Notes: a model not told the origin generated them from the sequence alone. A stretch of DNA of 54,162 nt, filler included, from Catajapyx aquilonaris (GCA_000934665.2; 2 parts of 2 records of this genome joined end to end with filler, not necessarily neighbours in it); one strand, 5' to 3'. Positions 11,601 to 22,757 are shown, counted from the first letter of the whole stretch. Program-made: numbers and translations.

Positions 11601-14600
11601 TTGCACTGGTAGCAGAACAGTCCAAAAAACTTTGGCAGCAGTGTGCGTGGATTTTGGTTAAGGTTCTAAAAGAAGCAAGGAAAGTTAGAGGTGCAGCTTA
11701 CAGTGGCTCGTAGCTAAAGTTTGGCAGGTCAAAAAAGGTGCACACTGATGGTTCAGTGCCAGCACTGTGTACTTGCCATCATGTGCAACATAAACAGCAA
11801 TATACAATAAGGTCAACTGCTGCAGTCCAATGCCATCAGAGAAGTGACAATCAAATTTAGCACACATTTCAGTTACAGTTTTCTTTTGTAGGATGGCAGT
11901 TTAATAAGTCCTATCCCTTTCAAATTTCATTTTGCACTAAAAGTTTTAATGAAGCAAAGCATTCTTACCATGTAATAGCCAGGCAGAAGTTTCTGTAAGA
12001 ATTCCCCTTCTTTGTGCTGCACTGTCTTCACTATGAACTCATCGTCTTCTGTCACGTAAAAAATGCTACCACTCGCCCCAGGATTTGTCAGCTCTCGCAT
12101 TCGTGTTGAGCACATTGAGATCTGAATTGGCCATTGAATCAGGTCATGGAGATATCACATGGCTTGGCTTTTCATACAGTAGCAGTAACAAGTACACAAT
12201 GGTCACGCTTAAGGAATATGGCAATAATTACCAGGAAGTCGTCAGGCTGGATGCCGAAGAGGTCACGAAAGTAGCGAAAGGCAATCGGTGCATACGTTTT
12301 GAACCTGAAATCACTGCAAAAAGCAAGAGGTAACCCTGATAATGTTTGCATCACTATATAACAGTTCCAAAATAGTGCCATTATTCACTTTCTTAACAAG
12401 TGAGACCCTGTAACGTTATGCAAACCATGCAATGAAGTATTGATAATGATACTGGCATTTTTTTACATGAAAGCAAATGATACATGAAAGGCACTTTGCA
12501 TCCCTTTAAATAGTTTAAATCTCTTTCAGGAGTCGTGCAACCACCTTCACTAAGGCCACCTTAAGTAATATTCATATTCAAAACCTGAAGTGATGTGCTG
12601 GTGTGCAATTGGATCCTCCAGATGGAAAGTTGGTTGTTTCAACTGTTAAGAAATCCTGCATCAGCAAGTCCCTCTCAGGTTTAGATGCTAATCCACCAAC
12701 AGCATTTTGAATACCCAGTTGAATTGAGCCCATAATCTGAGATGACTGGATCTGTAATCGAAGAAAGCACAATTACTGTCATGTGAAGAGAAGAAAATCA
12801 TCACCATTATAACCAAATCAAAGCAATGGTCCAAGTTTCCATACACAGGAAATTGCATTGTGGTTTTCCCTAAGGACTCGTACGTCCCACATTAAACAAA
12901 TGTCCAAATTCGAAATGTGCAGATTTTTTCTTCTGGTTCATTGCAAAATGGTCCACAAGTCCCGCTTCCCGTACCCTCACTGACTCAGGAAGTCCCAACA
13001 CCAAACAGTACCCATTATGATCAGGAAAGGGTCATCATATGAATGAAAGGAAACTTTTAAAATAGTTATATTAGACACACATTTATGCTTGATTATGGTG
13101 ATAAATTTTACACAGTGAAACCTGTTCATAATGAACCCTTAGCACAATTTTAAAAAACCTGTCCATTGCTGGATTTTTTCTGGGAACGAGCACATTCGTA
13201 GGACATAAATCCCACATCTAATATAGCAGAAACTTGCCAATTTCAGAAAATTTTTAACCCTTAATTGGTATCGTGGGGTCCTTTTTGGACCCCAGGGTAT
13301 ACTTATGTCACCACCTTGAAGCAGGTTTTTGTCAAAATGAAAATTCCCACACCTATATTCCTGAAATATACTCTTTCGCACCTGAAAAAAATTTATGAGC
13401 AACGAAAAAAAATTCTAAAGGGAGTTAACGTCATTTAAACGCTCACTAGTCGTCTTGGGGTCCAAAAAGGACCCCACGTTACCAGTTAGCGACCAGTTTT
13501 TTCCGACCCTAAAAAATAGACACGGCAAATTCATGATGTAGCAAGCATAAAAATCGCAGAGGTGTAAAAAAAATTATCCATGTATAGTATTGTAAGGAGA
13601 CTACCATTACAGCTGCTGGGTCACTTATGTGAGATACGGGTAAACAGTAAACACCGCCTCATCAGTCAACCAAGGGTCAGAGGAGGTCAATTTTTTTTCT
13701 ATCTGCCACTTATAGTCCCGGCCGAATTTAGGAAGCATTTATATTTTGATTTTTTTGTTAATGTAAGTTTCTAATCGAAAAAACGACGTGGGGTCCAAAA
13801 AGGACCCCACGATACCAGTTAAGCATGGCTAAATGAGGATGCCAGTTAAGGGTTAAGGCCCCACGTGATTCTGTTATACACAGGTTTCTCTGTAGTTAAA
13901 TAGTAATACCATCAAATTGATTGATTGCATTAGAGCAAAAAAAAGGGGGGGGGGGGGNGGGGAGGGAGAGGGGGAGAAGAGAACAGTGAGGAAGAAGGTT
14001 GTTGATTACAGTAAAACTTCTATAAGTCGAATCTCCATGGGACAGGAAAAAACTTCAAGTTACAGAAGATTCGAGTTAGAGAAGTTTGGAATTTTTTAAG
14101 CACGTAACTCTATAAGGAACCCTACCTTTATATCCAGCGATGAAAGGGGTTCAAAACTTAAAAATAACTGTCACTATCACACTTACAATGTTCCTAGTTG
14201 TTTTGTTGTAAAAGAAATCTCTGTCATGGACATTTGCCTACTCTTAGATTTCAAGGATTCAATTGTCACAATCGATTCAACCGCTTCCTTCGGTACTTCT
14301 GGTAGACGGAGATCAGGAAATTGAGCGTTTCTGTACATGTGGCCTACTCTCGACCCTTCAGCTGGGAAATAAGAGAAATTTCCGTACTCGCTAACATGAA
14401 CTTCGACTTAGGGATACTGAAAATGCATTGATATCCCATCGTAAGGCCCTGCCTGCACTTCGAGTTATGGAGAACTTCGAGTTATGGAGAACTTCGAGTT
14501 ATAGAAATTCGAGGTAGGGAAGTTTATTCTTATTATTTTACATTGTGACCAACCAAGTTCATCATTTTCTTTGACTTATAGAGAACTTCGACTAAGGGAA

Positions 14601-16945
14601 GTTCGACTTATAGAAGTTTTACTGTACGTATGTTAATTCATTTTGGATTCTGTTCGAAAACGTCAAGCCTGTTGTAGGCTTAGGTGATCCAGATCACAAG
14701 TTCTAATGGAGACATGGTATAAGAGTCATGCCAACTTTATATTATGGTTCATACTGATTCTGACAAAATTTTAAGGTCAACTCCTGGGCACCAAAGGAAC
14801 CCTTTTGTTTACGCTTGTCATTTGGTCACTGCAGCCTTATTACTGTGCTAACGGGCTTCATTCACAAGTACAAAATATCCTGACAGGAATGTGTCCCTCC
14901 ATGCAACTTGAATTTAAACTGTGGTCTCATTACTTGTAGCAGCCAGTCACGAAGGCAACATATGTGATGTAGACTGTATCCATAGCATAGGGAATGGAAT
15001 GATACATTATTGATTAATCTATGTCAATGGCATATTTGGCAAACACTTGAAAAGCCATTTTTAAAATCAGCTCTCACCTATGTAATAAAATTTTCTGGAG
15101 CAATAGAATGTTTCAAGTTCAAAAGTTCTCTGTGAAAGCCACAAATTTTCCGGTTTTTTGATTTTTGGTATTTCCAAAACAGCACATGACAATTTTTGCC
15201 ACCAATTATCACATTTAGCAACAGCCTGTCTGGTATTGTTTTGCTTATAAATGGATTGCTGTGACTCAGCACAGGACTATATGTAGTTATTAGCATCACA
15301 TTTGTTACTGAAGAAGCAAGGTGGCATCTTAGGCGGTTTTTGGTTTAATGAATGTTCCAGGCCACTTATTACTTCAATTTCATGCCATGAAATGTAACGA
15401 ATGTATGGGATGATTAAGGATATGAATTCATTACCTAATAGTGCAAATAGCGACATTCCAAGTAGAGACAGTCACCTAACATAGATCAATACCTACTCTC
15501 AAGTTAAGGCTACTTCTGTTTGACAGGGATTCTCGCTTTATATTCTTATATGTGGGTTGATTCATAAGTCATGAGGCCTATTTTTTTATTCAAAAATGGT
15601 AGCACATACAGAGATGACCTTTGCTGAGTTTTGAAGATCCGGCGATTACAATTTTATCTGGCATATAGATGTGTGTGTGGGGGGGAGAGAGGGGGAGAGA
15701 GAACAAAAGGGGAATGTGACCCTCCCCACACCATCGCCCTAAGATGGCCCGAGCCTGATGCGCTTGGAGCTGTTGGACGCTGCATGCTGGACACTCAGAG
15801 ATGGACAACATAGGAGCTTGCTTTCAAGTGTGGGACAAGTCAGAGCACTATGCTTAGCACTCTTGAAAGACTGAAAAGTCTCGGAAAATTGGCATCGTCA
15901 CTGGTTCCACGCCATCTCTTTGAAGTGCAAAAGTACCGCCATTTTGCCCTCGCTTGGAACTCGATCACATTGAGGGCGATGGTTTTTTTTAACTGTTTGT
16001 GTCGATGGATGACACCATGGCTCCGGTCATAGTGCTCTGACTTGTCCCACATTCGAAAGCAAGCTCCTGTGTTGTCCATCTCCTAGTGCCCATCATGCAG
16101 CATCCAACAGCTCCGAGCACATCAGGCTTGGGCCGTCTTAGGGAGATGGTGCGGTGGGAGGGTCACATTCCCCTTTTGTTTCCCCACCACCCTCGCAATA
16201 TGGGCGACATCTATATGCCAGATTAAATTGTAATTGCCTATCTTCAAAACTCAGCAGAGGTCTTCTCTGTATGTGCTACCATTTTTGAATTTAAAAATAT
16301 GCGCAATGACTTATGAATCAACCCTCGTACTATTAAGCTGTCATGTCCCCAACAACAATGCATGTTGATTGACAAAAAACTTTTCAACCTACCAAATTCA
16401 AGAGCAAATTTCTCAGTTAGTGGATTAGAGTTGACTTGCCCATTACCTGGCAAAAAAACAATCCTAACTCCATGTTTTCATCTGAGCATTCCCTGTCACT
16501 GACGCAGAAGCAGTTAAATTACACTACGTGACAAACTACATGAAGAAACATTGCTGCCAGCATCTGTTAATGCCATGTTTTTGGAGTCATTCAGTACCCA
16601 TTTGGTAGTACTGTTAGGAATAACCCAGACTGTTACCTTTTTGTACGTAATCTCTCCTCCTTCAGTGACACGCCGATGGCCAATCTTCCGATCACGATCT
16701 GATTTGTGTCGCCTGATGGTATGTGCTGCAATTCCACTAACAGCCAATGCGCTTGTTCCTGCACTGCTGACAGCACCGGCTGACCCAGCCACCGGTGTTC
16801 GGGGGCCGGCACTGTTGATGGATTGGGCAGCAGCCACCTGAAACAACCATGTAATTACTGCATGTCCTCAGGAGGAAAATATTATCAATCTTAAAACATG
16901 CACTTACATCCAGTGGAGGTGGCTTGGTGAAAACTCTTGAACTCT
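2320..16945 (-). CDS. PIP5K1: Type I phosphatidylinositol-4-phosphate 5-kinase (PIP5K59B/PIP5K1A-like), multi-exon, 5'-incomplete. Exons 16945-16908, 16837-16637, 12751-12585, 12313-12232, 12121-11969, 11665-11366, 11299-11037, 10978-10758, 7163-7101, 6383-6264, 2648-(2331 or 2320)
   Basis: Spliced translation contains the PIPK motifs [61 protein letters not shown] and IDILQSY, plus the type I activation loop [10 protein letters not shown]. All joins are GT-AG and phase-compatible. Confidence 0.96.
3455..3860. mobile_element. Tc1-type MITE, family A copy 1
   Basis: TA|CAGTGCTGGACA...TGTCCAGCACTG|TA; ~135-bp inverted arms. Confidence 0.92.
4146..4558. mobile_element. Tc1-type MITE, family A copy 2
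   Basis: Near-identical to 3455-3860, same orientation, own TA TSD. Confidence 0.92.
5247..5408. mobile_element. Tc1-type hairpin MITE (162 bp)
   Basis: TA|CAGTGCTGGCCATATATCGAGGCAACC...GGTTGCCTCGATATATGGCCAGCACTG|TA; ~65-bp arms. Confidence 0.9.
5473..5532. repeat. Perfect 28-bp inverted repeat with 4-nt loop
   Basis: GAAAACATCATTGATGTGTATTAGTGTT-ccct-AACACTAATACACATCAATGATGTTTTC. Confidence 0.9.
5726..5821. mobile_element. 96-bp loopless palindromic Tc1-type MITE
   Basis: TA|CAGTGGTGGA...centre GAGCTC...TCCACCAATG|TA. Confidence 0.85.
6264..6383 (-). CDS. PIP5K1: PIP5K1 exon ([40 protein letters not shown])
   Basis: 120 nt, cttctctag|...|gtactt, phase 1/1; [10 protein letters not shown] motif follows the kinase domain in type I PIP5Ks. 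Confidence 0.9.
7101..7163 (-). CDS. PIP5K1: PIP5K1 63-nt symmetric (probably cassette) exon [21 protein letters not shown]
   Basis: aaaatag|...|gtatgg, phase 1/1; resembles the peptide that follows FKKIPS in insect PIP5K59B-type proteins (from recall). Confidence 0.85.
   Translation of the reverse strand, partial: WICLKSRATIANFAPWYPAT
8029..9201. mobile_element. Tc1-type long-arm MITE carrying a nested insertion
   Basis: TA|CAGGGGTTGGAC...AATAGGGCCCCCTGCAAAAAGCGG, with inverted copy at ~9178-9201; arm 8606-8780 is inverted at 8903-9081; outermost right terminus decayed. Confidence 0.85.
8151..8586. mobile_element. Nested Tc1-type MITE (modular family B)
   Basis: TA|CAGGGTGTTCATGAAAAACAC...GTGTTTTTCATGAACACCCTG|TA inside the left arm of 8029-9201. 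Confidence 0.9.
10758..10978 (-). CDS. PIP5K1: PIP5K1 exon ([73 protein letters not shown])
   Basis: 221 nt after a 58-nt intron, ttgcag|...|gtaagt; not in the ORF track but a clear kinase C-lobe. Confidence 0.97.
11037..11299 (-). CDS. PIP5K1: PIP5K1 exon ([15 protein letters not shown]...kinase insert...EEDDVP)
   Basis: 263 nt, tttacag|...|gtaagc, phase 0/2. Confidence 0.96.
11366..11665 (-). CDS. PIP5K1: PIP5K1 exon ([15 protein letters not shown]...YDLKGS...KDLDF...IQRDCR)
   Basis: 300 nt, cttttag|...|gtaggc. Confidence 0.97.
11969..12121 (-). CDS. PIP5K1: PIP5K1 exon (G-loop PGASGSIFY, catalytic Lys in IVKT, ...LLPGYYM)
   Basis: 153 nt, ttcag|...|gtaaga. Confidence 0.97.
12232..12313 (-). 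CDS. PIP5K1: PIP5K1 exon ([27 protein letters not shown])
   Basis: 82 nt, ttttgcag|...|gtaatt, phase 2/0. Confidence 0.97.
12585..12751 (-). CDS. PIP5K1: PIP5K1 exon ([34 protein letters not shown]...TPAHHF)
   Basis: 167 nt, ttacag|...|gttttg, phase 0/2. Confidence 0.96.
13113..13892. mobile_element. pogo/Tigger-type MITE with nested piggyBac-like element
   Basis: CAGTGAAACCTG...CAGGTTTCTCTG|TA. Confidence 0.7.
13258..13852. mobile_element. piggyBac-type non-autonomous element
   Basis: TTAA|CCCTTAATTGGTATC...GCCAGTTAAGGG|TTAA; subterminal GGGGTCCAAAAAGGACCCCACG repeats near 13275 (inverted), 13457 and 13790. Confidence 0.88.
14009..14624. mobile_element. pogo/Tigger-type MITE
   Basis: TA|CAGTAAAACTTCTATAAGTCGAA...TTCGACTTATAGAAGTTTTACTG|TA; internal ACTTCGAGTTATGGAGA tandem units at 14457-14505. 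Confidence 0.92.
15551..16327. mobile_element. mariner-type long-TIR MITE, family C copy 1
   Basis: TA|TGTGGGTTGATTCATAAGTCAT...ATGACTTATGAATCAACCCTCG|TA; ~300-bp arms; second copy at 50820. Confidence 0.92.
16637..16837 (-). CDS. PIP5K1: PIP5K1 exon (VAAAQ...[18 protein letters not shown])
   Basis: 201 nt, gtttcag|...|gtaaca; conserved KIGHRRV...GEITYKK motif. Confidence 0.95.
16908..16945 (-). CDS. PIP5K1: PIP5K1 38-nt N-terminal-region exon ([13 protein letters not shown])
   Basis: Acceptor ttttttcag and donor gtaagt; frame is open and joins the next exon in phase 0 across a 70-nt intron. No homology support. Confidence 0.65.
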
Positions 16946-17205
16946 CTGAAAAAATATTGTTTATGGATATTATTACTAATTTCAGGATGGAAAAATCACA
17001 ATGTACTCTCTAATGAATGATGAAAATTAGGCAGTGAAGCATACATACTATTGCTCTGTTGACCAGAAAACCCTTGTTCACCCCTGCAAGGATTTCACGC
17101 CAAGAATATGAGGGTTAAACTCTTGACCTCTACCAACAATGATTCCACATGGGCCTGTTCTGAGTCTATTCTTATGTCTAAGTTTTAAAATTAATTTTAA
17201 TTCAA

Positions 17206-17464
17206 GGGCGACATGGTGGCGGAGTGATTAACGCCACAGCCTTCCACCTGTAAGGTCCCGAGTTCGATCCCTGGGTCGGACGGAGGATATTTATGTGGAT
17301 AGAGTTTCGATGGGTTCTCTCCGTGTTCGCGTGGGTGTACTCGGGGTTCTCCCGTTTCCTCCCGCAATCAAAATCCATCCCAGGGCAGGCAATGATCAAA
17401 GCCGGTTATTCAAAAGATGATCCCCTATCAACCCAAGGAGGCCTATCACGGGGTATCCATTATT
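17206..17464 (+). mobile_element. tRNA-derived SINE with V-domain-like core, copy 1
   Basis: A/B boxes (TGGCGGAGTGA, GAGTTCGATCCC); core GTTCTCTCCGTGTTCGCGTGGG...CCCGTTTCCTCCC; (ATT)n tail; probable TSD ATTCAA. Confidence 0.9.
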
Positions 17465-17884
17465 ATTCAAGCCTGAAAGAATGTGTTCTCTTCAACTTAA
17501 TATCAATAACAATAAATTTTCTCACCCTAAATGGAAATATTTGAGAGAAACTGCTTCATAAGGAGCTTAGTGCCAAATAATTGTGGTCATTATAAACACC
17601 CTGTACATCACAAGAAAAAACTTCCATGGGTACAATGCAGTTTTTTCCAATAGTGTACAACTTGATAACTCAGGCTCCAGTACTTGAGTGTCTGTTTGCC
17701 ACATTTCAACAATACTCTCATGTCAGACATGGCAGGTGTAGCTGTGGTGATATTTTAAGTATGTTTTGCCACTAGTACTTGTGTGCTTTGTCACTACTAA
17801 AATGATATACACACACCTCCTCAGAAATACCTCTGATTAAAATGCTGCTATACCAGTAGATCTACTGCCACTTTCAGGAACTTA

Positions 17885-18589
17885 CAAGAGAACGGTCAAG
17901 GTTGGTCCCCTCCGATTTGGTTGAAACTTGCTTGAGGGGTCATTCATGTACGATAGACACAGTGGTGAAAGTTTTAGCTGACACTGTTGAGCCATTTCCG
18001 AGATATGAGCGACAGAAACATCTGAATTTTGGGCCCACGCATAGAGGTTGGGCGAGAAGGGACGAGTGCAAGGAAGAGCTGATGGTAGTCAAGTGGATAA
18101 AGTGTTGGACTTGTAATTTTGCCGGGAGCACCAGCTCCAAATCCCTTCTACCTTGATTCCCCCCGCCCCCTATACCCCCTTTTTCCGATGCCATACACCA
18201 TCCCCCAACATTTTGGTTTTCCATTATTTCTTTGCTCCGGTATTTATTATGACACCCTCGCATGGTGTATGGGATCAAAAAAAAGGGTGTAAATGGGGTG
18301 CCAGGCAGGGGGAATCAAGGTAGAAGGGATTTGGAGCTGGCAGAGCGGCTCCTGGCAAAATCACAAGTCCTGCAAATCCACTTGACTACCATCAGCTCTT
18401 CCTTGCACTCGTCCCTTCTCACCTGACCTCTATGCGCAGGGCCAAAATTAGGCTGTTTCTGTCGCTCATATCTTGGAAACAGCTGGACAGTGTCAGCTAA
18501 AACTTTCACCACTGTGTCTATCGCACATGAATGACACCTCAAGCAAGTTTCAACTAAATCGGAGGGGACCGACCTTGACCGTTCCCTTG
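17885..18589. mobile_element. Foldback DNA element with CAAG(A/G)GAACGG termini and TTA TSD, copy 1
   Basis: acTTA|CAAGAGAACGGTCAAGG...CCTTGACCGTTCCCTTG|TTAg; ~280-bp arms. Confidence 0.9.
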
Positions 18590-19230
18590 TTAGTACAACA
18601 ACCTTAAAGACTGTCAACATATCATACTACTAATCAGCTACATCTGTTTGTCTGTTTGTCCAGGGTGAGTCATCATCGCAACTCAGCTGCCCACACCCTG
18701 TCCATGTAGTAACACTACCCCTCTCTAGGTGGCGCTTCCTCCGTCTCACCACACATGGCGGTATGTTTGCTGGGTCACAACTCCACCACCATTGAGAGTG
18801 GACACCTCGCACTGTCAGGGTTGTACTTAAATATGAATTTTTAGACACCTGCCATTTCATTTCATATGCCGGCTCATAAAATCACAGATTTCAGAGTGTG
18901 GCAAAGCCATGCAAGTTCCACATCCATTCGTTTCGCTAATTCTGTGGACTACGACCATTAAGAGCCCATCCCTATTGCCTGTGGATCTGTGGATCATAAA
19001 AAACGCTGTCTTCATGGAAGATGTTTGATTGTTTCATATTTTATGTGACACACATGCCCAATTTTGGCAACACATTCACTAGTTACTACATATTTGAAGG
19101 TTAGAAAATGTAGGTCAATAGTGTTTAAAACCAATGCTTTTTTGCAACTGTACTTTTAGGACAGGCCCCTTTAATTGTTGGCCAGTATTACAGGGTGATC
19201 GAAAAAGAATGCGCAGGTTTTAAAACTCTA

Positions 19231-19655
19231 CAGGGTGTATCTGAACTCAGTGCCCTGACGTATATGACTGCCTTCCTAGCCACCAGAGGATCGATTTAAG
19301 TATATGAGTCATTATGTTTGGCCGCCGCATTACTGAGATAATTGGCCGCAAACATGTAGTACAAAATATCCTGTCGGTTAGGCCACCCATCGAACCCTCC
19401 CCCAGTCAGATGGCTCTGGAAGGTCTGGGGGCCGGACTTTGTTGGTTTGTTGCCCACAGGTGGTAAGGCCTCTTTGGCTAGTTACACCAGAAAATTCGAT
19501 TTAAAAGTCAGAAGGAGCGATTAGGCAAAAATCGCTAAAGAGTGTATCTCAGTAATGAGGCTGCCCAGACATAATGACTCCTCTACATAAGTTGATCCTC
19601 TGGTGGCTAGGAAGGCAGTCATATACGTTGGGGCACTGTAAATCGGGGCCCCCTG
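19231..19655. mobile_element. Tc1-type MITE (modular family B), inserted after a 40-bp CAGGGTG stub at 19191
   Basis: TA|CAGGGTG...CAGTGCCCTGACGTATATGACTGCCTTCCTAGCCACCAGAGGATC, with inverted copy at 19594-19655; core shared with 8151-8586 in opposite orientation. Confidence 0.85.
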
Positions 19656-19754
19656 TTGCCTGAGAGACAAATCTCTGGAAGAGCGAATGTTGCGCGGATC
19701 TTGGCAGCTATCCGGCCAATCAAAGATGGGCCCCTATCATCGCGGATCCGCCCT

Positions 19755-20233
19755 CCTCGTCGTAGTAGTAGAAATAACAGCTACTTTGCAATAACTGTTA
19801 AGTAACAGTTACTGAAAATAATTGCAACTCAGCAGCAGCTATAGATATTCGGCTATATTCGAGCACTGAAAATTTTGAAACAAGTGGGAAGTAATGGGAG
19901 AGACTAAGGCCCCTAGTCTGGTGACCCAGGGTAAGCTTGCCCGCGGGCAATCACCATGGCAGCATATGTAAAAGGATTGCAGTAAACAACAAGTTACCCT
20001 AGGGGGCAAGCTACCCCAGGTCACCAGACTATATACCTATACCTAAATGAGGCAGGGGTAGGGGCACGCTGTAGTGTACCAGCATCACGACCAACATAGT
20101 AAAATAACGTTATAGCGGAAACGCATTAGCTGCTACTGAGTCGCAAATAACACACTTGCTCTAGCTGCAACGGAGATGCAGCTATTTCACCTGTTATTGC
20201 AGAGTAGCTGTTATTTCCACTGCTCCGACGAGG
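19755..20233. mobile_element. Decayed foldback element with a nested small IR element (~19908-20037)
   Basis: CCTCGTCG...GAAATAACAGCTACTTTGCAATAAC vs GTTATTGCAGAGTAGCTGTTATTTC...CGACGAGG; inner TAGTCTGGTGACC/GGTCACCAGACTA. Confidence 0.65.
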
Positions 20234-20410
20234 GACCTTTTTCCTGAGCTGGTCCTGAGAGTTGCCCTTGTTCGCATGCATTTCAAGTAACGGCTATTTC
20301 CAACAACGGCTATTTTCTGTACCGGCTATTTCACGTAACAGTTATTTCAAGTAACTCTTAATCACAAAAAATAGTACCCAACAGGTTAAACTTCTCAGCA
20401 AGTAAAAATA

Positions 20411-20857
20411 CAGTGTGTCATTGAATCGACCAGTCAGACCTGTACCCATCGCTGAATTGTCACCATAGGATCATGTTATGTAGAGGAGTCATTATGACTG
20501 GGCAGCCTCATTACTGAGATAATTGCCTTCAAACAACAAGTACAAAGTACCCTGGGAGGTATGGAAACCTGGGAGGTATGGAAACCTTCAGCCCCAAAAT
20601 CGCATCACCGGTCAAAAAAGCAGCTTTTCCATTTGTACTAGCATGTCGCATGGCGCACACTGACACGCAATAGGGAGGGCCGGAGGCTGCCCTGATGACC
20701 GACCCAGGGTGACCAGGCCCAATTGCTAAATTTCAAATTATCAATTACCTCAGTAATGAGGCTTCCCAGACAATAATGACTCCTCTACATAACATGATCC
20801 TCTGGTGACAGTTCAGCCATGGGTCCAGGTCTGACCGATCGATTCAATGACATCCTG
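20411..20857. mobile_element. Tc1-type MITE (modular family B)
   Basis: TA|CAGTGTGTCATTGAATCGA...TCGATTCAATGACATCCTG|TA; ~115-bp arms. Confidence 0.88.
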
Positions 20858-21406
20858 TAGAGATGAAGCTGCTTCAGTAGCCACTTCTGAACAGGCAAGA
20901 CTGTAGGTCACAATAAAGCATCTAAAAGAACAATGCAATACCTGCAGCTGAGGCACAAAATGCAGCATGTTCAATGGTAACAGCAACACATACCAATAAG
21001 TGTCAAGACCTCCAAAACTTCTTAGACACCATAATATGTACGCTACACTACGTTTTCGTCTTTATTGGTACCAAGAGTTATTAGCTCTTGCTGGTACACA
21101 TCAACTCCCTAATAGATGCAGGAATATTGCACCAGTGTGTAGCTGTCTAGTCCAGGGTTGTAAAAAAAACAGGAAATTTTGACTGCTGGGGGGGGGGGGG
21201 GGGNGGGGTTCCCCCGCTTTTTGGGAAAATTTGGTTTTTCTCTTAACATATTTACTTTCTGCACAATTTTTGGGGCTTTTTATCCACACTATCAAGTTCT
21301 TATTATATCCCACTGTTCAGAAAAGTCAAATAATAATAATAATTGATAATGTGATAATCATTATCAATATTAATACCGGTACCAGAAATAAAGGCTAGGC
21401 TACAGT

Positions 21407-22190
21407 TTATCCGCACTTGAACAACGTGGTCGGGGTTGGGCGGGCCTCCATTCGGTTGGCAATGGTGCGTAGCAAACAATTGGGTGCCTTGATACTGCAG
21501 CCAAATTCGAATGCCTTCACGGTTGCTATCGTGGAACGTGGTTGCTATGTCTTGGCAATAAACCACAGTAGCCTTTCTTGGTGGGTCGCACGTCTTGACA
21601 GAGTCTGTTCGATTAGGTCGCCAGGTCGTGATGGAGTGTGTTCATGACCAACTACTGACATGAACACCTGGAAATTTTTCTCGATGTGCCAAGGAGGCAT
21701 GAAGGGCTTATGTCAAGTATTCGGTCCGTTCGCTGAATCAATTATTAGGAAACAGTACCTTCAGGAGATTTTGAGGTGATTAGAGGATGGAATAGCCCTT
21801 TGTGTTGGTGATGCTGTATGGCTTTTTGTTACCATAACAGTAGGCTGCTTTCCATCGCTGTGGCCCTGCCAGGCAAGGTACATCGCCCGTGAGTGATATT
21901 TTTCGTTTTTGCGGAGCTGGGCGCTTATTGTGGGTTTGTATACACCAACAATGCGGTCCTCATTGTGCCCCGCAGGCCAACAAACGTTACTGTGGCTGTG
22001 CCAAGCGCTAAGTTTACCTTCATAAAGTCCGTTAATCCAACGAACGACATGACGTCACGATCCGCCCACTTCCACCAGGCTCTCACCTCCAATCATGTCC
22101 ACGACTCACTCTGCAGACATACTACTGCACATGCTCAGAAAACACGGCTGGTGTTACATCATGTCGTTCTTTGGGTTAACGAACTACAGT
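21407..22190 (-). pseudogene. Intronless decayed coding sequence of an unidentified protein
   Basis: One reading frame over ~780 nt with scattered in-frame stops, a 97-codon open stretch (22054-21764) and protein-like translation (RWINGLYEGKLSAWHSHSNVCWP...RYCFLIIDSANG...PPWHIEKNFQVFMSVVGHEH...RLLWFIAK). Confidence 0.6.
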
Positions 22191-22757
22191 AACCCTCATG
22201 GCTTTCAAATTTGCCACCTCCTTCATTATGGTCCCAGCACTCATCTGATCGGTTCGTATGGCAGGGGTAAGAAGGCGCCGTTTGTTGTGCTCTCCCGGCA
22301 ACCGATTGTTTGCGACACGTTGCCAACATGTTTCGAGCCCACCCCGTCGCCCCAATCCCACAGTGTCGCTAGGTGTGGATAAACTATAGACTTTCCGAAA
22401 TAAATTGAAGAAAACCAACCATACTGCAGTTGATTCTGGCTTTCCAGGAATCAATCACTACATTAACAGCGTTTTCGGTGGAAATATTTTGTCAGTATGT
22501 AGGCCAAAAAGAGTCCATATTGCAGTGCTTTAGTAGAATCTTTTGAGATACTTTGATATTTTTCACTGGTTCAAAAGTCAATACTATATCATGTAGGGAG
22601 TTCAAAATAATGTAGCCTACCCTAAGTGTTTTATGAATAGTCCCTGCTCTTGGTTGATGCTATGTCACATATCAAAAAAATATCTTGAAATTTCATCCTT
22701 TTTGCTCTGCCTTAGTAGCATCATTGTTTTCATGCCAAATCATATTGCCACTTTCAA

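Noticed and set aside
18630..18860. 76-aa minus-strand ORF as a candidate upstream exon
   Set aside because: No motif similarity; poor splice signals.
20281..20355. Short GGCTATTTC tandem units
   Set aside because: Likely TE subterminal repeats; no independent evidence of function.
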